A DNA stretch of 39,966 nt from Candidatus Saccharimonadota bacterium (GTDB lineage Bacteria > Patescibacteriota > Saccharimonadia > Saccharimonadales > UBA4665), in NCBI GenBank assembly GCA_027365445.1, contig DAHXNJ010000049.1, positions 1 to 39,966 on the forward strand, given 5' to 3'. Positions 1 to 9,055 of the stretch are shown here, in pieces (position 1 is the first letter of the stretch; every line of letters starts with the position of its first letter). The notes beneath the pieces were generated by a model. It did not search any database and was not told the DNA's origin. It was given only the letters and a program-made list of their open reading frames with translations. A program made the position numbers and the translations under genes.

Positions 1-1
1 C

Positions 2-544
2 TATGCAACCAACAATGGGTCATCTGTGAAAGGAGATAACTTAGTTAACTCCCCTAATCAGCAGAATAAGCTAGAACTCAGTCTTGCAAACCTTACACCT
101 GGTAACACCTATACTTACTCATTTAATGTTTGGGATAGTGGCACAATTCAAGGTTTAGTTAACAATATTGTCTATACACCACAACCTAATCCAAGCACCA
201 ATCAGAACTCTCTAGAAGGCGCACTAACCGTTAAAATATATGACGGCCAAGGTAATCTTTTAGGTTCTACGGCTGGCAACCAAAGCTCTACTTTTAGCAC
301 CAGCGGCTATAAAGGCACTTACCCTAATGGTAACTACTTTGGTCCGGACTTTATTCAGCCAGAGCATAATGGCAACACCACAATTCCGGGGAGCGGTGAA
401 GGTTTTGCAACCTATAAAGTTGTTATATCCTATGCTGGAGGCTACTACAACAATAACAATGGTACTAACCCATTAGTTAACCAAAACAATCAAGAAAATG
501 TTTCAATTGATCCGTTACTAACGGTCAACGGCAACACTCTTTAA
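2..544 (+). CDS. 3' part of a larger secreted Asn/Gly/Thr-rich protein (5' end lies upstream of the window)
   Basis: The frame is open from base 2 (YATNNGSSV...), so the GTG at 26 used by the ORF track is probably internal. Stop TAA at 542-544. Composition resembles the other secreted N/S/T-rich proteins here. It is followed by a hairpin and then the SipW-type peptidase gene. Confidence 0.6.
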   Translation, partial: YATNNGSSVKGDNLVNSPNQQNKLELSLANLTPGNTYTYSFNVWDSGTIQGLVNNIVYTPQPNPSTNQNSLEGALTVKIYDGQGNLLGSTAGNQSSTFSTSGYKGTYPNGNYFGPDFIQPEHNGNTTIPGSGEGFATYKVVISYAGGYYNNNNGTNPLVNQNNQENVSIDPLLTVNGNTL

Positions 545-557
545 CCAAAATAATAAT

Positions 558-599
558 CTGGCCGATTGGGAGCTTAAGCCCCCGTCGGTCAGATATTTT
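558..599 (+). terminator. Rho-independent terminator or attenuator hairpin between the partial secreted-protein gene and the signal peptidase gene
   Basis: GC-rich imperfect hairpin: ctggccgattggg (558-570) pairs with cccgtcggtcag (581-592), about 12 bp with one bulge and G:U pairs. It is followed by atatttt. It forms a GC island in AT-rich spacer. Confidence 0.5.
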
Positions 600-604
600 G
601 TGAT

Positions 605-1198
605 ATGGAAAGGTTCAAGTTAATTAAGACTAGAATGTTAAGAAAAGAACATCTTAATCCTAGATTTATTTTTGAAGGAATCGTACTATTAGCCATGCTT
701 ATTGGCTTTATTATAATGTGTATTGCAGTTTTGTCCGGCAGTTGGCAAATAAGACCTATCTTATCTGGTAGTATGCGACCAGGTTTTTCAATTGGAGGAG
801 TAGCAATTACACAGACTATTCCTACGAGCCAATTAAAAGTCGGCGATGTAGCTGTTTTTCACCCGCCGTTTTTGAAGAATACTACGTACATACACCGGAT
901 TATCTCTATAAGGAGGTCTAACAAACAGTACATAATCCGCACAAAAGGAGACGATAATCCCATTGCTGACCCATGGTTGCTTAGAATTACTAGTAAAAAC
1001 GCTTACATAGCGAGATTCACTTTGCCATTTATCGGATATCTTGCAGTTTGGGTTCACTCATACAGTGGCAGGAAGATCCTGTTAACGATTGCCGGCATAT
1101 TAGTAATAATATTTATAATGTCTATCTTATTAGAGCGTGAAAAGAAACGACGTATTAAAAGACCTCATAAAATTACCAAAAATGTTAAAAAGGATTAG
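605..1198 (+). CDS. Signal peptidase I, SipW/Sec11 type (S26B, Ser-His dyad)
   Basis: N-terminal TM, then ILSGSMRPGF (catalytic Ser box, cf. SipW LSGSMEPTF), VGDVAVF, YIHRI (His box, cf. THRI), TKGDDNPIADP (cf. KGDNN..D), and a C-terminal TM plus basic tail. Confidence 0.85.
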   Translation: MERFKLIKTRMLRKEHLNPRFIFEGIVLLAMLIGFIIMCIAVLSGSWQIRPILSGSMRPGFSIGGVAITQTIPTSQLKVGDVAVFHPPFLKNTTYIHRIISIRRSNKQYIIRTKGDDNPIADPWLLRITSKNAYIARFTLPFIGYLAVWVHSYSGRKILLTIAGILVIIFIMSILLEREKKRRIKRPHKITKNVKKD

Positions 1199-1570
1199 CT
1201 TTTTAATTTAGTCTCAATCTTATGGGTAGTGAGCTAACTGGTAGGATTAGCTATAAAAATAGTCGGAAATGTTATATCTGAACTTTTAGACTGGGCAAGG
1301 TCAAAGCAAGCTAGAAGACAGTATAGGCGACTACGAGTTTCTAAATCACACACTCTTGTGTGGATGTTAAACAATAAATAAGATAAGATGCCAGGACCCA
1401 ATTATTAACATTTAATAACAGAAATTGGATTTAGCAAGAACAGTAATCCAAGCAGCCTTAGCTTAAGCTATAAAGTAACGCGTCTATTTCTATGACTTAA
1501 ACCCTAATTATGTCGATTAGGTAGTAACTCGCGTAATAGCTTCTTATAATTTTTTTAGCTTATTTTATTT

Positions 1571-1882
1571 TTAGGAAAAATAATTTTCATCAAGTTCGCC
1601 AAAAATTATCCGGGCAGGCTTATTTCTGTCTTCATCAGTCATAATATTCAGCCATTCCGAATCGCTACTATCTAAGTTATAGCCACTAACAAGTACTATA
1701 TTTTTAATTCGTTGATAACGATTTAGTGCTATCTTAACGTCATGAATCTCTTCAGAAGTGTCAGTTAGTTTTTGATAGCTTAGTTTAATAGGGCCATTTT
1801 CTCTTTCTACAATTTCAAATATGTATTTTATAAATTCAGATGAAGATATAGGACTTGTAACTAGATATTCGGGGTTTTCCAT
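1571..1882 (-). CDS. Hypothetical small acidic cytoplasmic protein (103 aa)
   Basis: Clean ORF, same strand and 129 nt downstream of the PBP gene. No recognisable motifs. Confidence 0.5.
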   Translation of the reverse strand: MENPEYLVTSPISSSEFIKYIFEIVERENGPIKLSYQKLTDTSEEIHDVKIALNRYQRIKNIVLVSGYNLDSSDSEWLNIMTDEDRNKPARIIFGELDENYFS

Positions 1883-2011
1883 TTATATATAATAATATAA
1901 AACAATACATAATACAAAAAAATATTATAGTAGACACTTTGTTATTGCAGATAATCTTAAACTTTCTTCAGTCTATTGCTAATAAATTACAATATTGTTA
2001 GGTTGTCAAAG

Positions 2012-4936
2012 TTATAAAAGACTTCCTCCATTTTTTTGTTTTTTACTATTTTTGGGAGGAGTTGATGTGTTGTTCGATGGTGATGATTGAGGGCTAGATT
2101 GGGCTACGTCAACTGTTTGAAAGGTTATACTAGAACTTCCTTGATATAGTACGCTATCAGTGACGGTACCAGTTAGAGTAACGGTTCCGCTAGATGTTGG
2201 TAAATAATAGAAAGATACTGTTTGTCCAGAAGTACTAACTCCGACTGTATGAATTACTTTGTTATTAATAGAAAAGCTTACATTGCCCGGAAATCTACTA
2301 CTAGATAGTGGGTGAGTACCTTGGGTAATAGTTGCTTGAATTAAGCATCCTTGGCCACTATTGTCAGTGTTAGAACAAGTATTATTGGCTGGCGGTGTAA
2401 TAGCAATCGACGGATGAACGTCACTACATTTATGTACGTTATCATAGGCGGTCGGAGCCTTACTGGCTCCCGTGACGAATTGATCTACCGAAAAAGCTGC
2501 AGCGTTTCCATTATATTCGGTTTGTCTTGCTAAAGGAGGAGTACAAGACGTAGCTAGTAGTCCAGAAACTTTATCAATTGTTATTGATGAGCCTTGAGTT
2601 GACTTTGGGACATACCAGTAAGGAAAGAGGTCTTTAGCTGGTCCTGGTTCAACTGAGCCTAAGCCCACATGGGCTCTTTGGACAAAGGCTGGAAGTACTT
2701 TAATATTACTAGGCTGTACCCAGTTAATTGGTTTTGTATGGAGCATACTTAAGGCTCCTTGCATCCAATATCTAGCTAAAGGTTCCGTCATTATCTCCAT
2801 TCCGCCTGCTGTTAGTGGTTTATTGACTGTGTGGTATCCTACCCATGTTTCAACAGCATATTGAGTAGTCCAGGCAGTCATTAGTCCACTAATGTTGGCA
2901 TGGGTAGTACCGGTTTTTATAGCTATGTCCCAGCCATTATATCTCTGCCATTTATAGCCAAAACTAGATATAGGTGAGCAGTTAGTAGCATTACAATAAC
3001 CAGGCAAATAAGTTGCTTTAGGATCGCTCAGAATATTGTCTAGAATATATGCCGTATCGGGTTGTATAACTTGCTTTGGTTTAGGTTGCTTCCATTGGTA
3101 AATAGCCTTATTAGCCGAATTAGTGATACTTAAGATATACGTTTGAGGGATCTCTTGTCCCAACCTTCCTAAGGTGGCTATTCCGTTAACGGCATGATCA
3201 AGGTGTAAATATCCTCCTTCACCGATAGCTGCCGATCCATAGCAGGGTGCTTGATGACTTGTGCCGGCCGTACTTACGTTTGTGCCTGGCTTATAGCAAA
3301 CGTAAGCATTTGGATAGCCCATCATCGCTGAAGCAGTCTTTTGGACATTACCTAATCCGGCCATTAATCCTGCTTTTACAGCTGGCACATTACGAGATCC
3401 GGCTAGGGCATATCTAATTGTTTCTGGGCCAGGATAGCGAAAGTCGTAGTCCCATAGACAGTTACCGCCATTTAAAGGATATTTTTTATTAGTACATGGA
3501 TATCCGGGCAATGGTTGTTGGATATCGTAGAGCACTGAACCTGCTCCAGCGTTATTCTTAGGATTGTTAATGAATGTTGAGTAGACGTAAGGTTTAATGG
3601 TTGAGCCAGGGGATAAATTAGCTTGAGCGTAGTTGACTTGTCCGTAATTAGGGTTATTGAAGTTAGTCCCGCCTACTAGAGCAACTACTTGGCCTGTTTT
3701 TACCTGTTCGGCTACTAAAGCTTCTTCATCAGCTCCGTAATAATGTATATTTGGAATGTTCTTTTGAATTACTTGATTAGCTAGATTTTGCAAAGGTACG
3801 CTTAGGGTGGTATCTACTTTCCAGGCTCCATGCTTAAGCATTTTGGCACCATATTTTCGAATTAGTTGTTGTTTAGCTGATAAGACAAAATATGGAGCAG
3901 TAATATTATTATATTTAGATTGGAGCTTTTTAACTTGAGCTAGTACGTTAACCTTTTTTGCGGCCGCTGCTTGTTGAGCGGTTATCATATGCTGAGCTGC
4001 CATTTGATCGAGCACATAATGTTGTCTACCTAATAAGGCCGAAGCAGAAAAGTAATTAGTCGATAAGGCTGGATTATACTGAGGACTACTAAATGGAGAA
4101 TAATAAGTTGGAGCTTGTGGAATAGACGCTAACATAGCCGACTGGGCTAGTGTTAATTGACTGGCATTCTCATTAAAATAATCCTTAGCAGCTGCTTGAA
4201 CTCCATAATCAATATTGCCATAAGGAGCTATATTTAGATAAGCAGTTAAAATTTGATTCTTACTATATTTATCGGCCATTTCAACAGATAAAGCTAATTC
4301 CTCTATCTTTCTAGGAATAGTTAAAGGATCTGGCCAGCCTTTATTAAGTTTTACTACTTGTTCGGTAATAGTAGAGGCTCCTTGTAGGCCATGCCCTAAG
4401 TGAATAATGTCGTGAAATGCAGCTCTAACTATTGATCCAAAATTAAAGCCACCTTCATGATAAAAATTCTTATCTTCGATTGCGACCGTTGCTTCTTTTA
4501 CATAGGGAGATATTTGATTGCTACTAACTGGAACTCTTTTAACGCTGTGATAATCTTGCCAAAGTAATATTTTTCCTGTCCGGTCATAATAACTCACGCT
4601 GCCTGGAGCGTTAGGTGCAAATATGCCTAAAGAATATAGATCTTGACTGAAATACGACAACATACCTAAGACTAGGATAAATAGAATTATTATGGTTACA
4701 CCAAGGCTTTCTAGGCCGATGATAGTACCATCGCGACTAAATATAAAACTACCCACTTTTTTAATGTATGGATTAACTTCGCTAAATTTTCTAGGAAGAG
4801 GAAAGTAAGTTCTTTTAACTAACTTATATTGACGCTTTACTACTTTTATTGGATTTAGCTTATGCGATCCCAATGATTGCTGTTGAAAAGCAGATACTCT
4901 TCTTCTACTTCTTCTTCTGTTTCTTCTTGCCGTCAT
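2012..4936 (-). CDS. ponA: Class A penicillin-binding protein (bifunctional GT51 transglycosylase / transpeptidase) with long C-terminal Ig-like/Ser-rich extension
   Basis: Arg-rich N-terminus plus TM. GT51 motifs EDKNFYHEGGFN, GASTITEQ, RKIEE. Transpeptidase motifs STIK (SxxK), SRN (SxN), KTGT (KTG). Confidence 0.92.
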   Translation of the reverse strand: MTARRNRRRSRRRVSAFQQQSLGSHKLNPIKVVKRQYKLVKRTYFPLPRKFSEVNPYIKKVGSFIFSRDGTIIGLESLGVTIIILFILVLGMLSYFSQDLYSLGIFAPNAPGSVSYYDRTGKILLWQDYHSVKRVPVSSNQISPYVKEATVAIEDKNFYHEGGFNFGSIVRAAFHDIIHLGHGLQGASTITEQVVKLNKGWPDPLTIPRKIEELALSVEMADKYSKNQILTAYLNIAPYGNIDYGVQAAAKDYFNENASQLTLAQSAMLASIPQAPTYYSPFSSPQYNPALSTNYFSASALLGRQHYVLDQMAAQHMITAQQAAAAKKVNVLAQVKKLQSKYNNITAPYFVLSAKQQLIRKYGAKMLKHGAWKVDTTLSVPLQNLANQVIQKNIPNIHYYGADEEALVAEQVKTGQVVALVGGTNFNNPNYGQVNYAQANLSPGSTIKPYVYSTFINNPKNNAGAGSVLYDIQQPLPGYPCTNKKYPLNGGNCLWDYDFRYPGPETIRYALAGSRNVPAVKAGLMAGLGNVQKTASAMMGYPNAYVCYKPGTNVSTAGTSHQAPCYGSAAIGEGGYLHLDHAVNGIATLGRLGQEIPQTYILSITNSANKAIYQWKQPKPKQVIQPDTAYILDNILSDPKATYLPGYCNATNCSPISSFGYKWQRYNGWDIAIKTGTTHANISGLMTAWTTQYAVETWVGYHTVNKPLTAGGMEIMTEPLARYWMQGALSMLHTKPINWVQPSNIKVLPAFVQRAHVGLGSVEPGPAKDLFPYWYVPKSTQGSSITIDKVSGLLATSCTPPLARQTEYNGNAAAFSVDQFVTGASKAPTAYDNVHKCSDVHPSIAITPPANNTCSNTDNSGQGCLIQATITQGTHPLSSSRFPGNVSFSINNKVIHTVGVSTSGQTVSFYYLPTSSGTVTLTGTVTDSVLYQGSSSITFQTVDVAQSSPQSSPSNNTSTPPKNSKKQKNGGSLL

Positions 4937-5141
4937 AATCTTAAGTTTGCTTTTCGTTTCCTTATTACTAACTAGTCTTTTGTATAACTTAACTTATTAT
5001 AAGGGTCAGCCGTAAAATCTCTAAAAAAATAATACAATTACAGCTAATAATATATTGTCATGCTAGCTTTAACAATTAACAAGCATGAGAGTTTTTACTT
5101 TTTATATTTTTTCATGTTATTCTAAGACTACATTAACAATT

Positions 5142-5255
5142 TAAACAATATAAAGAGTACGGGGAGAGAACTAGCTCGTTGATCCGTCGGCAACCTGCTT
5201 AATTTCTTAAGAAAGGTGCTCCTTCTAGCCTGTTAAGCGGGAAAGATGTTATTTA
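5142..5255 (+). promoter_or_regulatory. SAM-I (S-box) riboswitch aptamer in the metK leader
   Basis: P1 is taaacaatat (5142-5151) pairing with atgttattta (5246-5255), 9 of 10 pairs. Core elements AAGAG, GGAGAGA, UUGAU, GGCAACC, GGUGCU, GAAAGAUG fall in the order of the SAM-I consensus. The P2b stem GAG/CUC covaries with consensus GGG/CCC. The loop CUAG can pseudoknot with downstream CUAG. P3 is extended by CUUAA/UUAAG. Confidence 0.75.
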
Positions 5256-5262
5256 ATAAGAG

Positions 5263-5300
5263 CATTCTTTCTTCGGCTTGACCAGAAAGGATGTTTTTTT
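5263..5300 (+). terminator. Riboswitch expression platform: terminator / SD-sequestering hairpin plus U7
   Basis: cattctttct (5263-5272) pairs with agaaaggatg (5284-5293), 10 bp including one G:U. It is followed by ttttttt (5294-5300), directly abutting the metK ATG. The 3' arm contains the SD AAAGGA. Confidence 0.7.
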
Positions 5301-6419
5301 ATGTCAGATAATATTAATAACCTATTTACTAGTGAGAGTGTGTGTGCTGGTCATCCAGATAAGATTTGTGATGCAATTAGTGATGCAATTCTTGATGCTG
5401 CTATTGCTAAGGATCCGAATAGTCGAGGGGGAATTGAAGTAGTTGCAGGGTCTAATAAAATCGCACTATTTGGTGAAATTAAAACTAATGCTAAGTTGGA
5501 TTATGAAGACATAGTAATTAAAACAGTGCGTCGCTTAGGCTACACTAAACCTGAATGGGGCTTTAGTGATGCTTCAGAGATTTCTAATAACATACATCAG
5601 CAATCACCTGAAATCTCGATAGGAGTTGATGAAGGAGGTGCTGGCGATCAAGGTATGATGTTTGGCTTTGCTGTAAATGAGACGGATGAATTAATGCCGA
5701 TGCCGATTGCTCTGGCCCATGCTTTAACTAGAAGAATTGATTATGTTAGAGAAGCAGGGGAGATTAAATGGTTGAGGCCGGATGGTAAAACCCAAGTAAC
5801 GATAAGGTATGAAAAAAATAGACCATTATTAATAGAAAAATTAGTAGCTGCTGTGGCTCATGATGAGAATGTCAGCGCTACTGATGTAAGAGCGGAAATT
5901 ATAAAAAAAGTGTTTTTGCCTGTAATAAATGATTTTAATTTTGATCTTCCTCAAGATAAGGATATTGTCGTTAACGGTACAGGGCTCTGGCATATACCAG
6001 GACCTCAAAGTGATGCTGGTTTAACAGGTAGGAAGATAGTCGTCGATACTTATGGGGGCTATGCCAGAGTGGGTGGTGGTGCTTTTAGTGGCAAGGACCC
6101 AAGTAAGGTAGATAGAAGTGGAGCTTATGCCGCGCGCTACATTGCTAAAAATATTGTTGCAGCAAAATTGGCTACTAAATGTGAGGTTGGCTTAGCTTAT
6201 GTAATTGGTCAGTCTAGACCATTGATGCAAACAATTGATACTTTTGGAACAGCTCGTGTTAGTGATAAGGAATTATATGACTTTATGGATAAGCTAATCG
6301 ATACTTCAGTTAATGGGATAATAAATAAACTTGATTTAAAACAGCCAATATACTCAAAGACTACAGCTTATGGTCATTTTGGAAAGCCTGATTTGGCATG
6401 GGAACAAGTTATAAGTTAG
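5301..6419 (+). CDS. metK: S-adenosylmethionine synthetase
   Basis: FTSESVCAGHPDKICD, GAGDQGMMFGFA, GGGAFSGKDPSKVDRSGAYAARY; preceded by the SAM riboswitch. Confidence 0.96.
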   Translation: MSDNINNLFTSESVCAGHPDKICDAISDAILDAAIAKDPNSRGGIEVVAGSNKIALFGEIKTNAKLDYEDIVIKTVRRLGYTKPEWGFSDASEISNNIHQQSPEISIGVDEGGAGDQGMMFGFAVNETDELMPMPIALAHALTRRIDYVREAGEIKWLRPDGKTQVTIRYEKNRPLLIEKLVAAVAHDENVSATDVRAEIIKKVFLPVINDFNFDLPQDKDIVVNGTGLWHIPGPQSDAGLTGRKIVVDTYGGYARVGGGAFSGKDPSKVDRSGAYAARYIAKNIVAAKLATKCEVGLAYVIGQSRPLMQTIDTFGTARVSDKELYDFMDKLIDTSVNGIINKLDLKQPIYSKTTAYGHFGKPDLAWEQVIS

Positions 6420-6620
6420 AAAAATTAACTACAAATAAAACTTTATGGACATTTTAAAAAAAGCATAACAGATTAATTTTTTAGACCTTTATAAGCAAGT
6501 TAAATATATTACTGCTATTAGTTAGCATAAATTTAAAACTTGTGTTGGATTAATACTCTTAAATAACTATAGGGTACATAAAATCTAAGTATATTTAATA
6601 ATCTAAGGAGGGACAAAAAC

Positions 6621-7331
6621 ATGAGAAAAGCTAACTTTCCAAAATTAACATTCCTAAAAAAAAGCAAGAAAAATAAGTCCACAGGATCGGCTAGTCTACT
6701 ATTAACTTCTAGTGCAGCTTTTTTTGGAGTAGTAATTGGTGTTATGGGATCGCTAGGTTTCGTTGGTAACTATTTACACACACAGTTTACCAATGAAAAT
6801 GCGGTCCTATCGCACCAAATTTCATCGCTGAAAACTAATTTATTGGCATATAAAACAGCATCTTTCACTAGCACTGGAGCTTCCGCTGGACAGTGCTCAA
6901 TACCGCCTGCGTCTACAACTTCGAATGTATCCAGTAATTCAGTTATTCCTACGACAAATGAGCAGCAGCCACTAATCACAGCATCAGTCTTAAAGCCGAT
7001 TACAACAACTAGTTCACTGCCATCTTCAAGCACTAACAGCAACACTCCTGTTAGCGTCTATCCTTTTGTCCAAGAATTATCTAATGGACACTTTACAACA
7101 ACCGGAACTATAAGTGATACGGGTTATGCATCGAATAATAATGTCACTACCAATAATACGGCTACTCAAAAAGTAACCAATGACAATAAACTATCGATTA
7201 ATGTGTCAAATCCTCAAACTAGTACATCCGGCAGTTCTAGTGTAACTAGTAATACAAACGGCGGTTCAGCTACTTCAGGAAGTACCAGCAATACGAGCAA
7301 CACTAGCTTAGATGTTAAAGTGCAGAACTAA
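6621..7331 (+). CDS. Membrane-anchored/secreted Ser/Thr/Asn-rich protein with one copy of the ~76-aa 'TG-T-x-SDTG ... NTNGGSATSGS' module
   Basis: Strong SD (AAGGAGG), basic N-terminus plus TM. The C-terminal module TGTISDTGYASNNNVTTN...NTNGGSATSGSTSNTSNTSLDVKVQN is paralogous to the repeats of the 7994 gene. Confidence 0.75.
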   Translation: MRKANFPKLTFLKKSKKNKSTGSASLLLTSSAAFFGVVIGVMGSLGFVGNYLHTQFTNENAVLSHQISSLKTNLLAYKTASFTSTGASAGQCSIPPASTTSNVSSNSVIPTTNEQQPLITASVLKPITTTSSLPSSSTNSNTPVSVYPFVQELSNGHFTTTGTISDTGYASNNNVTTNNTATQKVTNDNKLSINVSNPQTSTSGSSSVTSNTNGGSATSGSTSNTSNTSLDVKVQN

Positions 7332-7366
7332 TAATTGAAATATTAAGTAGTGGGAGGGATAGCCAT

Positions 7367-7879
7367 ATGGCATTAGCAAGTTTACACACAAATTTCATTG
7401 GCATGAGTGTTCGATTGTTAATTGCCACGGCTATCCTGGTATCGGCATACTTTATTGCTAAACCTGATGCCGCATATAAAAGACCTAACTTAAATTTAAT
7501 TAACACAGCTGCATATACTGGCAATAAAGGAATAGCTAACAGTAATATCAAAATAATAAAAGCTGATTCAGTCGGTCAGGTAAAGAAGGTTAAGACCAGT
7601 ACGACCATATCAGCGGCTACTTCGTCAAATAGCGGTAATTCAAACTCCAGCAATACACTAAATATCAATGGCCAAACCGTTAAGTTAAATCCAAATTCAA
7701 CTTTTACCAAAACCATAACATCACCGAGCGGCCAGACCAATATAACCTATAGCTCTTCAAATAATAATGGTCAAGGATCTAGTAGCTCGTTAAACATTAG
7801 TAGTAAATCGGTTAGTCAGTCAGGTACAAGTTCGTCAGGACAATCATCGCAAATTAACATAAATCAATCGACTCAATAA
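7367..7879 (+). CDS. Secreted/anchored Ser/Asn-rich low-complexity protein
   Basis: SD GGGAGGG 8 nt upstream and an N-terminal hydrophobic segment. The S/N/T-rich body has short strand-like LNING, LNISS, ININQ elements. Confidence 0.65.
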   Translation: MALASLHTNFIGMSVRLLIATAILVSAYFIAKPDAAYKRPNLNLINTAAYTGNKGIANSNIKIIKADSVGQVKKVKTSTTISAATSSNSGNSNSSNTLNINGQTVKLNPNSTFTKTITSPSGQTNITYSSSNNNGQGSSSSLNISSKSVSQSGTSSSGQSSQININQSTQ

Positions 7880-7900
7880 GTTATATAGGCCTTAGTCTTT

Positions 7901-7935
7901 CGACACTAATCAATAAATATTGTTGGTTAATGTCG
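7901..7935 (+). other. Intergenic 15-bp stem hairpin (possible terminator or processing site)
   Basis: cgacactaatcaata (7901-7915) pairs with tgttggttaatgtcg (7921-7935): 14 of 15 positions including two G:U pairs, with a 5-nt loop. It is followed by a GC-rich gggagaccaccccccg and has no U tract. Confidence 0.35.
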
Positions 7936-7993
7936 GGAGACCACCCCCCGAAATAGAAATAATTAATAAATATTAGCCAAAAGGAGGCACAAT

Positions 7994-8863
7994 ATGGTAG
8001 TAAGAAAAGCATTAAGAATGACTGCTTCAGCTGTCACGTCATTAGGATTAGTTGCAGGGTTTGGCGGCATAGCAAGTGCTGCTACAACTAACGGAACCGT
8101 AAACACAACCGGATATAACTCGACTAACAATATTACAAACAACTCGACCTGGCATGGTCGTCTAATGAACATGAATGATTTGATGGCTAATGTAGTTAAC
8201 CCTCAATCTTCATTCAGTGGAAATACCTATAATCGTTTTAATACTAAAGGTGGTTCAGCTAACTCTGGTTCAGCTTCAAATAATAGTACTCTAGATGCTA
8301 ATGTAGTCTATTCAAACCCAGCTAGTATGTCTGGTTCTGGATCAGGTTCTTCATCGTTTAGCGGTATGGTTAACGACACGGGCGCACAGTCCAACAATAA
8401 TGTTACCAATAATTCAACTTGGAACGGTCGTGTAATGAACCGCAATAACTTGAATCTAAGCGTATCTAATCCACAGCAGTCATTTAGCGGTAACGCAAGT
8501 TCTAGCTATAACACTAACGGTGGTTCTGCGACTTCTGGTAGTACTAATAATACTAGCAACACCAGTGCATCAGTTAACTATGTAAATTCAGGTAGTATGA
8601 GCACAGCTGGTACTAGTGGTAGTTCATCAAATACAGGCACCGTGAGTGATACTGGTGCAATGTCTAACAATAATGTTACGACTAACACTAACACTAGCTT
8701 AAAAGTAGTTAATTCGAATAGTGCTCAGATCTCGACTAACAATCAACAACAGTCATCATCTGGCAACTCAAATGTTAGCTATAACACTAATGGTGGTTCA
8801 GCAACTTCCGGTAGTGCAAGCAACACAAGTGATACTAACATAAGCGTCGATTACTCTAATTAA
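7994..8863 (+). CDS. Secreted protein built from three tandem ~90-aa Asn/Ser-rich modules
   Basis: SD AAGGAGG and a signal peptide ending ASA-AT. There are three diverged repeats, each ending NT(K/N)GGSA(N/T)SGS..N.S......V.Y.N. The motif DNA sits at 8249-8275, 8519-8545 and 8792-8818 (period 270-273 nt). Confidence 0.8.
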   Translation: MVVRKALRMTASAVTSLGLVAGFGGIASAATTNGTVNTTGYNSTNNITNNSTWHGRLMNMNDLMANVVNPQSSFSGNTYNRFNTKGGSANSGSASNNSTLDANVVYSNPASMSGSGSGSSSFSGMVNDTGAQSNNNVTNNSTWNGRVMNRNNLNLSVSNPQQSFSGNASSSYNTNGGSATSGSTNNTSNTSASVNYVNSGSMSTAGTSGSSSNTGTVSDTGAMSNNNVTTNTNTSLKVVNSNSAQISTNNQQQSSSGNSNVSYNTNGGSATSGSASNTSDTNISVDYSN

Positions 8864-8943
8864 GACAATAATATAGAGTTATTATTAGTTTAATAGTTAT
8901 CACATCACGTGTGACTATTTACTAAACAGCGTAGATGGAAAAA

Positions 8944-8968
8944 GGGCAGATGGGTGGTCTGTCTGCCC
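8944..8968 (+). terminator. GC-rich hairpin downstream of the 7994 gene
   Basis: gggcaga (8944-8950) pairs with tctgccc (8962-8968), followed by ccctagtattcttt. It is a GC island in AT-rich spacer. Confidence 0.45.
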
Positions 8969-9055
8969 CCCTAGTATTCTTTAGTAATGAAAGATTAAAA
9001 CTGTATAAATTTAAAATAATTGCAAATGTAAGTCAATAATAATGAGGAGCCGTCT

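Noticed and set aside
26-544. GTG at 26 as the true start of the first ORF
   Set aside because: The reading frame is open back to base 2 with similar composition and no SD before 26. It is more likely the 3' part of a longer gene.
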